Below are positions 52,943-64,000 of a DNA stretch of 64,000 bases, in pieces; position 1 is the stretch's first letter, and each line of letters begins with the position of its first letter. This DNA is from Eledone cirrhosa (taxonomy: Eukaryota): the NCBI GenBank assembly GCA_964016885.1, contig OZ024761.1:5332001-5396000 (forward strand), given 5' to 3'. The translations under genes were made by a program, and so were the position numbers. The notes beneath the pieces are model-generated. The model was not told where the DNA came from, searched no databases, and saw only the letters and a program-made list of their open reading frames with translations.

Positions 52943-53681
52943 CGCTAGAGTTCTCTCTAATATTATTTATGTAAGCTAACATATTCGCAGCATTGTCTTA
53001 GGTAACAGCGAGGCTAAGACGTTGGAATAGCCAAGCCCCCAAACTAAGAGCATCACCTGATACCTCGGTAAGGCCGGATGATAGCGTGGCTAAGACACTG
53101 GAATAGCCAAGTACCCAAACTAGCATCACCTGAAACCTCGGTGAGGCCGGATGAGGAGGGGGTGTAGAGCTGCCGTGGGAGGAGGATTGCCGGAAGTTGG
53201 GGGACGCTTAACTGAAAGCAGAAGGACGGGGGCGACTCGAGGGATCAGGCCGTAAAATGCCCCCTGTTGGGTTTGCAAGCAGACGGGTGTGTGAAGACAG
53301 ACGCTAGTGGAAGTACCCCACGTGGACGGTGGAACCGGTGATAAAACAGGAATGTGATTATAACATTAGATGGAAACTCCAGCACCTCTTGTGGCGTGTG
53401 TGGGTCTTCTCTCACCCATTTTACTTCTTTTATTACCCGACCCTTTAAAAATAAATATTCCCAAAGAACCAACAATATCGTGGAATGAAAAACACGACTT
53501 GGTTTATCTATTTTAAATATTAAAACACTTCCTTCGTTTATTCTAAGAATAAAAAGAATTTTGTGATGGTTTCAATCAAAAATAAATCCCACAACAGTGA
53601 AAACAAACTTTATAAGGCCAGCATTATAAGAAATCTTTTCGGTTGAAATCGTACAAAGCTCTCTCTTAGTCCTGTAACTCC

Positions 53682-54292
53682 TGGTGGAGTGTTGTGTTGG
53701 AGGGAGCTGTAGTTACATACGGTGTTTCTAAGTAATTTTAAAACTTGGTGGAGTGGTGTGTTGGAGGGGAGCTGTAGTTACATACGGTGTTTCTAAGTAA
53801 TTTTAAAATCTGGTGGAGTGGTGTGTTGGGGAGGGGGGGGGGGGGGGGCTGTAGTTACATACGGTGTTTCTAAGTAATTTTAAAACCTGGTGGAGTGTTG
53901 TGTTGGGGGAGCTGTAGTTACATACGGTGTTTCTAAGTAATTTTAAAACCTGGTGGAGTGGTGTGTTGGAGGGGGCTGTAGTTACATACGGTGTTTCTAA
54001 GTAATTTTAAAATATGGTGGAGTGGTGTGTTGGAGGGAGCTGTAGTTACATACGGTGTTTCTAAGTAATTTTTAAACCTGATGGAGTGTTGTGTTGGGGA
54101 GGGGGCTGTAGTTACATACGGTGTTTCTAAGTAATTTTTAAACCTGGTGGAGTGGTGTGTTGGAGGGAGCTGTAGTTACATACGGTGTTTCTAAGTAATT
54201 TTAAAATATGGTGGAGTGGTGTGTGGGGGGGGGGGGGGGGGGGGCTGTAGTTACATACGGTGTTTCTAAGTAAATTTTAAACCTGGTGGAGT
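53682..54292. repeat. Minisatellite of about 68 bp with a variable G-run
   Basis: gctgtagttacatacggtgtttctaagtaattttaaaacctggtggagtggtgtgttgg units. Confidence 0.9.
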
Positions 54293-54475
54293 CCATCTCT
54301 TCTCCAAGTCCGAATACAGCAGATTTCTTCCAGAGAAAGGAAATGAGAAAGAGATATAGAGGAAAAATTCGACCCCAGTATTAGACTGGTACTTCTTTTA
54401 TCGACCCCGAAAGGCAAAGTTGACTTCGCTGGGATTTGAATTAAGAGGGCAGAGAGCAGGAACAAATATTACAAA

Positions 54476-55433
54476 CCATTCTATCTGACGTTCTAACCAC
54501 TCTACCATTCTATCTGACGTTCTAACAACTCTACCATTCTATCCGACGTTCTCACCACTCTACCATTCTATCTGACGTTCTCACCACTCTACCATTCTAT
54601 CTGACGTTCTAACCACTCTACCATTCTATCCGACGTTCTAACAACTCTACCATTCTATCTGACGTTCTCACCACTCTACCATTCTATCTGACGTTCTAAC
54701 CACTCTACCATTCTATCTGACGTTCTAACCACTCTACCATTCTATCTGACGTTCTCACCACTCTACCATTCTATCTGACGTTCTAACCACTCTACCATTC
54801 TATCTGACGTTCTAACAACTCTACCATTCTATCTGACGTTCTCACCACTCTACCATTCTATCTGACGTTCTCACCACTCTACCATTCTATCTGACGTTCT
54901 AACACTCTACCATTCTATCTGACGTTCTAACCACTCTACCATTCTATCTGACGTTCTAACCACTCTACCATTCTATCTGACGTTCTCACCACTCTACCAT
55001 TCTATCTGACGTTCTAACCACTCTACCATTCTATCTGACGTTCTAACCACTCTGCCATTCTATCTGACATTCTAACAATTCTACCATTCTATCTGACGTT
55101 CTAACCACTCTGCCATTCTATCTGACATTCTAACAATTCTACCATTCTCTCTGACGTTCTAACCACTCTACCATTCTATCTGACGTTCTAACCACTCTGC
55201 CATTCTATCTGACATTCTAACAATTCTACCTTTCTATCTGCCATTCTCACCACTCTACCATTCTATCTGACTTCTCACCACTCTACCATTCTATCTGACG
55301 TTCTCACCACTCTACCATTCTATCTGACGTTCTCACCACTCTACCATTCTATCTGACGTTCTAACCACTCTACCATTCTATCTGACGTTCTCACCACTCT
55401 ACCATTCTATCTGACGTTCTCACCACTCTACCA
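54476..55433. repeat. 29-bp minisatellite derived from a SINE head
   Basis: (ccattctatctgacgttctaaccactcta) about 33 copies, between SINE body and SINE 5' end. Confidence 0.92.
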
Positions 55434-55674
55434 ATCCGCTGCCTACAACAAAACTAGCTTGGTTCAATTACGTAAATTTATTAACAACATTAAATATAAT
55501 TATTATTCGCTAACTTTAAGTTTCATACTGATAACAGCGATCAACTGATGAGTAAACAGACGTTCTTAAATTGATTTAAGATATTATTAAGCAAATGTTT
55601 CGCTTCTTCTTCTTCTTTTCGTATCTTCGAAGCATGTGGTTATATGACAGTTTCCCATTTCTTTACACAGTCCT

Positions 55675-55860
55675 TTGTGGATTGGCAGTATCGGTAGAGG
55701 GTCGGACGCCATGCTTTCCAGCATAGTTACGTCCCTTTACGATCTGAGTTCAAATCCCGCCGAGGTTGACTTTGCCTTTCATCCTTACGGGGTCGATAAA
55801 ATAAAGTACCAGTAATGCACTGGGTAATTGCTGGCCTTGTGCCTAAAGTAGAAACAATTA
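55675..55860 (+). mobile_element. Octopus-type tRNA SINE, third family
   Basis: ggcagtatcggtagag...gagttcaaatcccgccgagg...ggggtcgataaaataaagtaccagt. Copies at about 1372-1562, 37845-38380 (minus), 49932-50335, 59745-59850, 60070-60478 and 63145-63330. Confidence 0.85.
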
Positions 55861-56530
55861 TTATTAAATTCTGCGAGATCTTTTAATTTGCACCGGTTGA
55901 ATAGTAGAGAGCAAACAAGGCAGTGCTGTATCGTATGGTCCTCCTCTCTGCATTCGCAGATGGTTGGGCCGGTCTTGTAGCCCCATCTGTTTCGCTTAAA
56001 AGGTTATGAAGAGGAGTTGTAAACTACTGCTAGAAAGATATGACGGAAACAGTTCTCTGGGCTCAGTTTTTTCTGTATAACCGTCATCATAATAATACAA
56101 ATAAAAAGAGAAAAAAGAAAGAGTAGGGAAAGAAAAAAACACACACACACACACAAGCAGGTATTACCCACATCTTGGACCATATACAACAAAAGGTAGG
56201 CGAAAGTGGTGGCCAAACGAACCGCTGTCAGTAACAAACGATAACATTTATCTCCCCTTGACCAGAGCGGAGAAGTTACTTTGAAATTACAAACACAAAT
56301 TCGATAGCTGTCAAAACTCAACACATATATCCCTATTATTTAATTAAATATATATTTCACATTACATATAGAATTAAAATGAAATCAAATATTAAGTCAA
56401 CACTGCGTGTGTCAATCGGAGCCTCCCTCTCATTTTGAGGCAAGCCAACACACTGACATCAAATGCCCAATTAAGCTGTCGTTGAAACTTTATACTTTGT
56501 GTATGTCACTATCTTATACATCAAATATTG

Positions 56531-56590
56531 TATTTTATCTGATGAAAGCATACTATAAAATAGTATCCTTGAAATACGTATTATAAAATA
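56531..56590 (+). ncRNA. Minimal type I hammerhead ribozyme motif
   Basis: tattttat-CTGATGA-[aagcatact ataaaat agtatcctt]-GAAA-T ACGT A-TT-ataaaata; palindromic loop III. Confidence 0.72.
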
Positions 56591-57274
56591 AATAGCGTGC
56601 TATAGTGATATTTTCCATGTATTACTATTATTAATATTACAATACTCCAGATAAAAATTGTAGAGTGCTTCATATCTGTTATGAACATAACTCTGTTGAA
56701 TACTTATCAACAAAGCATATAACTCATTGTTTATATATATATATATATATATAATATTATTGATATTATGCCCAGAAGAAATTTGTTGAGTGCTTCTAAG
56801 CTGTTATAAATTAACTTTTTATTATTGAAAAGCACAAAAAGCTGACATATTTTATGTTTTGATTCCTCACATTTGTGTGTGTGTGTATATATATATATAT
56901 ACACACAAATGTGAGGAATCAAAACATAAAATATGTCTGATTTTTGTGCTTTTCAATAAAAAATATTTTAAAATTGAATAGACTTTGTCCAGAGTTATAA
57001 TAATTCGAAAGTAAAAGATATATGTTTATATATAGAGAAAAAAAGACCATATACCCAAAAGAATACATTATATATATATAAAGCACATATTTCAAACAAA
57101 AAATATGTACTCCAGATGGATATATGTTCCTCTCCCTCTCTATATATATCTTTACTTTTGAACGTTATATATAACCCCAGGAAAACCGGTTCTTTTCCAT
57201 CGGCACAGGTTGAATAAGTTTGCCCTCCGGTCCAACGAAATGTGCGTTCCTGATATGGCGCCGTTGTAGTAACT

Positions 57275-57672
57275 GGTAGTAAGCTCGCAATGCGAAGGAC
57301 CTGTGTTGTTTACTTCAATAGCAAATGATTGTCTGTGTGTAGTTGAAGTGCCAATGGAAGCATGTCGACAAGGCGGAATGTTTTTTTTTTTTTTGCTGAG
57401 TGCTACATCTTGCTTGAGCAGGTAGAAGTGATACTTCTCTTCCGGGTTACCAGAGTCGACTGAGAGAAAGAAGAAATTATCTCGCTTTCACCTCAAGCTG
57501 ACCAGACAATCTGACGCCAACTCAGATAAAAGAGGAATGGCAGCTAGATGCCATTTAGGGGTCAGTGTGTGAAGAAACTTGGCAGTTCAACTTGGCACTT
57601 CAACTCCACACAGAGAATATTCTGATTCTTCATATAAACAACACAGCTCCCTTGCACTGCGAACTTATTGCT
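57275..57672. mobile_element. Old MITE-like element with about 80-bp degenerate inverted termini
   Basis: ctgtgttgttta...tctgtgtgtagttgaagtgccaa pairs with ttggcacttcaactccacacaga...taaacaacacag. Confidence 0.6.
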
Positions 57673-59164
57673 ACCTATACTGGTATGTACATCATGAAAA
57701 AAACTTGTCACTTTGAAATCTAACATAGCATAATAAACACATATTCTTTTTACCTTTTATCTGAAGTATTATTGTGTTTGTCGTGTTTAATCACATCTTA
57801 CACAACAACCACTAACTTCGACTCACACACATATATATATATACTAGCAGTGGTACCCGGCGTTGCACGGGATAAGGTATTGTGAAATATATAACCGCCT
57901 TAGCTAAGCTTAGTATTGCCACAACCACGGCTGGCAAAGAAGTAAGGGTTTGGTGGTACGTAAGTAAGCAACACTGTGGCTTAAAAGGTGAGGAAGAAGT
58001 TGTGTGCACTTACCAACTGTTTGGGGAATGAGTGTGAGATTTGTCTTGAGCAAGGGTGGCGGAACAGCCAGACATACAGACAGATATTATAAGGGCGCGA
58101 CGTTATATGTATGTATCTATTTAAAAAGAGAAAGACTAAGAATTATAGAGAGGGGTCGCTAAATCGCCTAATACGGTCCCTAGGGCATTGAAAATTTGAA
58201 ATTTGGAGTTACCCCTTAGTTGTTATAACTCCCAGGTCTGCTCTGGCCTGGAGCAGTAGTACCAGTTAGGGTACCAGTAGGCCTGGAGCAGTAGTACCTA
58301 TTAGGGTCCCATTTATGTGTTAAATAATTACCTTACTCGAGTCGCACTGGTAAGGTATTATCAGCCATTGAAAATAAGATATATATAAGGAAAAGAAATT
58401 GAAAATACAACTGGAGTCTTTTTAAGAATATTTATTTGTTACCGTTACCGGTTTCACAGTTCTCGTGCTTTTCAAAAGTAGAATTGAGATGGAGGGTTTG
58501 TGGTTTTTCTTGCATCTGATGCGAGAAAAACCACAAACCTTCCATCTGCGAAACCCGTGAAGGAAACAAATGAATATTCTTAAAAAGTCTCCAGCTGCAT
58601 TTTCGATTTCTTTTCCTTATACTTTCACTCGTGTAGGACATCTCGTTTTTTATTTTACAAAACCTTACTTTCTTATATATATATATACATACATTAATAT
58701 ATTATTGAACTATACGTCATATTTTCATAATCGCTTATTGAACTTCTGTTGTCTGATATCAATGTTGTTTTTTTCAATCATATAAAAAAAACAACCTATA
58801 ATATCACTGGAAAACCTCCCTTATCATCACCCTGTTGACATATATTCACAGGATACAATTTGGGTATTCACCGCTGTCATAGCAAAACCAGCGCACTGCA
58901 TGCGGTAAATATGATTTGAGAAGTTGTATCATTATGGATATGTTATCTTCCTATAACAACACACATATGCCTCGCCAGCTCCCTTTCTTTTGTTGGACAT
59001 TGCTATTTACGACTGCCATCTCAGTGTATTTATGTCATATTTCCCCCGCTACACAAACTACTTGTGTTTAAGTATCTTATTGGGTAAGAACGTTTTTTGT
59101 GTGTAATTTTGATTAAGCATCTAATATTATTAAAACCTGAGGTCTATAATCTTTATTAAATTAT

Positions 59165-59201
<37 letters not shown>

Positions 59202-60580
59202 ACATTACAAATATAATTGTTTCTACTTTTAGGCACAAGGCCAGCAATTACCCAGTGTATTACTTACAAATATAATGTTGATAAACACATAAGAAACACA
59301 ACCAACCATTGTTAGGAACCTAACGAAAACAACACCTAAAATATATGACCAGAGTGAGAGAAATAAGAAAATGGGGGGAACATATCACCAGGGTCAACGG
59401 AATATTGAGGCAATACGCTAGAGTATAGCAGAAAAATAGGGCTTTTTTATGTTTTGAGCTGAAAGGGAAGATCGATATAAACTTTCCTCCGTGTGGAATG
59501 AAACCGGGAAAGGTCACGTTTAATGATAAATGAAGCGAAAGTAATCTGGAATTTTGTATAGGGTTCTTCCTGGAATGACCTTAAACTACTTCCCTGGCCC
59601 TGTTAAGGAACTATTTCTAGTTGACGTGTGTTATATTATATTATCATTACTGTTATTGTTACAGACCTGTCAACACCCATCCACTCTGGGGTGGGTGAGA
59701 GATGTCTTCTCTTGTGAAAATGGCTATAGCTTTCATTATGTAAATTCTCGAGGTTGACTTTGGCCTTTCATCCTTACGGGGTCGATAAAATAAAGTACCA
59801 GTAATGCACTGGGTAATTGCTGGCCTTGTGCCTAAAGTAGAAACAATTATGTAAATTCTCCTCATTTTGCCTCATTTCTTGCCGTTTTGGGGCACTTTTT
59901 TTCATGGTACTCCCCGTCTAGGTTTTTAGAGGTTGGCAGGCCTGTTATATCTACTACTTTTCTGTTTGGTGATGTCCCCTTTCTTTTATTTGCGTTAAAC
60001 CTCACTCCGTGTTTTGTTATATTATTCCCAATGTCTTCGGCCCTTGTAACCAATAAAAGTAATTATTGTTAGGGCGATGGATTGGCAGAGCTCCTGCTCT
60101 TTACAGTATTTGCTTCTGTTCTTTGCATGCCGAGTTCAAATCTCGCAGACGCCAGCTTTGCTTTCATCCTTACGGAGTCGATATAATAAAGTACCAGTAA
60201 TACACTGGAATCGATTTACTCACTGTTGGCCGTGTGCCTAAATCAGAAACAATTTTTAAAGGGCGGTGGATTAGCAGAATCGGTAGAGCGTCAGACAACA
60301 TGCTTTGTGATATATAGTTACGGTCCTTTACATTTTGATTAAAATCCCGCCGAGGTGACCCATACCCTTCATCCTTACAGGGTCGATAAAATAAAGTACC
60401 AGTAACACACTGGGGTCGATTTAATGGCCTACCCCGCTTCACCTTCAAATAGTTGGCCTTATGCCAAATGTTGAAACAGTTGTAGTTATGTTCTGGAACT
60501 TCTATACTATTTCTCTTCTAATTTTTATTTCTCAATTTATTTTCAGTTCACTGTCTCCCCATAAATCCTGACCCCTAATT

Positions 60581-60961
60581 ATGTCGGTGGTGACCTTGCA
60601 GCTGGGTCAGTGTGGTAATCAAATAGGGGGTGAGTTCTACACCAGCCTTCTACAGGATCTTCACATAACCAATACACACGTCTCACCAAAGGCCAATGAG
60701 GACTACGTCCAGGAAGCCACTGAACGTTTCTTTGTTGAGAAGAAGTCTAAGAATGGACTGGGTGGTCTTTTAGAAGCTCGGGCCGTGATGGTTGACATGG
60801 AGCCGAAAGTGATTATCCAGACTTGTGAAATGGCCCAGAGGTCAGGTTTGTGGAGATACCCGGTCAACCAACAGTTCTGTCACCAAAGGGGATCAGGTAA
60901 CAACTGGGCCAATGGCTTCCTCTCATATGGACCAAAGTCTAAGGAATCTGTAATGAATATG
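60581..60961 (+). CDS. TUBD1: Delta-tubulin, first coding exon
   Basis: MSVVTLQLGQCGNQIG...ARAVMVDMEPKVI...GSGNNWANG, the delta-tubulin signature; acceptor tttcag at 60546 implies an upstream UTR exon; donor atg|gttagt. Confidence 0.95.
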
Positions 60962-63418
60962 GTTAGTTTCTTCTCTCTCTCACCTCTCTCTCTCTCTCAC
61001 CCTTCTCTCACTCCTCTTTCTCACACTTCCTCTCTCTCTCACTTCCTCTCTCTTACTAACATCCTTCTCTCTTGCATTTCCTCTCTCTCTCCTCTCTTTC
61101 TCTCACCTCTCTCTCTCACATCCTTGTCTTTCACCCCTCCCCTCTCTAACCTCCCTCTCCCTCACCCTCTGCCCTCTCTCTCACACCCTCTCACTCCTCT
61201 GTCTCTCGCCCCCTCCCCTCTCTAACCTCCCTATCCCTCACCCCATCCCCTCTCACTCCCTCTTTCTCACTCTCACTCTATCTCACACCCTCTCTCTCCA
61301 TGCCAGCATTTTATAAATATTCGTTAAGACTATGGTCTTATCCTTTGTCCATTTGTTACAGCCCCTTGTGGACTAGAGCCAGTTAGTATTGACCTTAAAG
61401 TACTGAAACAATGAATCTTTAGCTGTCAGCTGTTGAGATGTATTCATTCATTTTCCGGTCTGCACCCTGATTTTTTTTATTCATATATATATATCATCAT
61501 CATCATCATCATCGTTTAACAACTATCTTCCACACTAGCATGGGTTAGACGGGAATTGTCCCACTTGAGGCAAGATTGGTTGGGTGACCGTGTCTCGCTC
61601 GTATAGGACTATCTGGCAGGTTTTCTACGGCTGGATGCCCTTCCTAACACCAACCACATTTACAGTGTGGACTGGGAGCTTTTTACTGTGTCTCATACAC
61701 GGCCACATTACAGCGTGGACTGTGTGTTTTTTTGTCGTGACACCTACACGACCTCATTAGTTTGGACAATGTTGTGGTACCAACTTTACAGAGAAAGGGG
61801 GGTGTTAGTGGGAGTGGGAGGATGGAGTAGGGGTAGTGGGTTGGGGTGTATGTCTGTTTTGGAGGGGCCTATATATATTATATATATATATATATTATGT
61901 AATATATATATATTATATATATATATGTGTGTGTGTTTGTGTGAAGATTTGCATCCAAAGTATCTATTATAAATGCTTTTAAAATAAACAGATTTTGAAC
62001 CAGGAATGATTTCAGGGCCTTTGGTACCATGGTTAGTGAAAGAGAAAGATAGTGGTCAGGACCCTTTTTCAGAACCTCTGAAACTTGTGGGAGAAAGGTA
62101 TCCTCAAATTACAGGCCTGGTTAGATTACTTCCAACAAAGTGAACTCCTGTAAACAACTTTGTATAACCAGAACTGGTTTCAGGTGGTTTTCTATCAAAC
62201 ATGTTCACCATTCATCTTGCTTATTTCTTCATCTATATATTACTATAAAACTCCGTGATTGCTTGCTTACTTGCTTGTCTGTAATGTAATATAGCCAAAG
62301 GGGCGCATAATGGGAAAATACTTTGAAAGGAAGTTGACCCTGAAATGGGAATCCAAATGGAATAAAACAAGTTTTGCGTAAATTGAAGCATGCGTTCCCG
62401 AGATACGGGGTTTTTCTGGGTACCTTCATAAACAGAGAGAGAGAGAGAAGGATAGAGAGAAAGAGATAGTGGTTGTGAGAGAGTAGATTGAGAGACATAG
62501 AAAAAGGGAGAGGAGACAGAGAAGGAGAATATAAGAGAGAGAGAGCTGGTGGTGTTGTATATATAAGTGTGTATGTGTCTATGACCAGTGTGTATAGATC
62601 ACAGACACCCACACATATACATATATATATATGTATACACACACACACATATATACATACACACACGTATATATATATGGGCCTTCCAGTTTCCTTTCAC
62701 ATTATATACATGTCTGTGTATATTTTAATTATTTAATAATTATTTTTAAGTGAACATGATTTTTAAAAAAATCTTTTGAAGAGAACGAGACCTAACGGGT
62801 CACGGGTGGCCTAGTTTATTTAAAACCCCTTTTGATATCAACCTGACCAAAGCTGGCTCTGGTTCTATGAAACAAATTCACCTGTTTTAAAGGGGGATCC
62901 CTATTTAAATATTCACGGTTTTCCACTGCTCCTGGCAACTGTTCCCTACTGAGGGTTATATCGCCTGAGAATATCCTGAATTGTGGAGAGTTTTTGTTGA
63001 GAATGTTCGACTGCTCACAATGATGATTTGAATATAAAATTTTCCAGCATAATTTTGTCTAAAAACCATATATTAATTTACTACTTTAGTAAAGAAATAA
63101 ATTGTCTTAGTAAATCCCTCAAAATCCTTCATTAATTGAAATAGAGGGTGGTGGATTGGCAGTATCGGTAGAGGGTCGGACGCCATGCTTTCCAGCATAG
63201 TTACGTCCCTTTACGATCTGTGTTCAAATCCCGCCGAGGTTGACTTTGCTTTCATCCTTACGGGGTCGATAAAATAAAGTACCAGTAATGCACTGGTTAA
63301 TTGCTGGCCTTGTGCCTAAAGAAGAAACAATTAATTGAAGTAGAGTATATTTCATTAGAAATATAGTCATGGATTAGTTAAAAATAAAACTTTCTTTTTC
63401 TTTTAAAATCTTCTATAG

Positions 63419-63818
63419 ATCCAGAAAGAAGCTGAAAGATGTGATTATCTTGGAGGTTTCATGTGCCTAATGAGTGTTGCTGGTGGTACAGGTTCTGGTG
63501 TAGGGGCTTACCTCACTCGCTGTCTTCGTGATGCCTACCCTAATGCCTTCATCCTCAATCAAGTGATCTGGCCCTATCATACCGGTGAAGTGATTGTCCA
63601 GAATTACAATGCTCTATTGACCCTGTCCAACCTCTATCCAACATCCGATGCCATCCTGCTCATCACTAATGACCAGATGCAGGATATCTGCACCCGGCGA
63701 CTGCACATTAAACAAGTGACCTTTGAGAACATGAATTGTGTTATTGCTGACCAGTTGACCAGCCTGCTGCAGCCTTTATACAGAGCTAACACTGGCAACA
63801 GAGTTCACAATTGTCTTG
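63419..63818 (+). CDS. TUBD1: Delta-tubulin, second coding exon
   Basis: tatag|IQKEAERCDYLGGFMCLMSVAGGTGSGVG...GEVIVQNYNALLTL...|gtaagt; tubulin GGTGSG motif. Confidence 0.95.
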
Positions 63819-63891
63819 GTAAGTATTGACCGTATTACTCTAATTAGCCACCAACGAACCCAACCCTCTCTCCCCCCACACATTTTATTTC

Positions 63892-64000
63892 ACTGTAGGA
63901 GGTGTAGTGTAGTGTCTACTGTAGGAGGTGTGGTGTAGTGTCTACTGTAGGAGGTGTGGTGTAGTGTCTACTGTAGGAGGTGTGGTGTAGTGTCTACTGT
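63892..64000. repeat. 26-bp minisatellite (runs off the window)
   Basis: (actgtaggaggtgtggtgtagtgtct)n. Confidence 0.9.

Noticed and set aside
57843-57875. Helentron/HINE-like terminus actagcagtggtacccggcgttgcacggg
   Set aside because: Only a short terminal motif was recognised, and the element boundaries could not be defined.
60962-61225. Ser/Leu/Pro-rich C-terminal extension of the tubulin ORF
   Set aside because: Read-through into a CT-rich intron after the donor at 60962.

Overview
Repeat-rich animal genomic DNA. The SINE, RTE and MITE families resemble those of octopod cephalopods; this taxon is an inference. Two host genes diverge head-to-head. HEATR6 lies on the minus strand: 13 coding exons reconstructed by hand from 49469 down to 3472, all GT-AG and phase-compatible, continuing beyond the window start. 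Delta-tubulin (TUBD1) lies on the plus strand: two coding exons at 60581-60961 and 63419-63818, continuing beyond the window end. Introns and the intergenic region hold an intact two-ORF Tx1/L1-group LINE inserted in the tandem array of a TTAA-flanked MITE, and a decayed Buster-type hAT transposon inserted into a hammerhead-ribozyme motif of a foldback element. They also hold several more minimal hammerhead motifs, many SINE, RTE and CR1 fragments, and minisatellites amplified from a splice donor, an RT motif and a SINE A-box. Most long ORFs in the supplied track are repeat artefacts.
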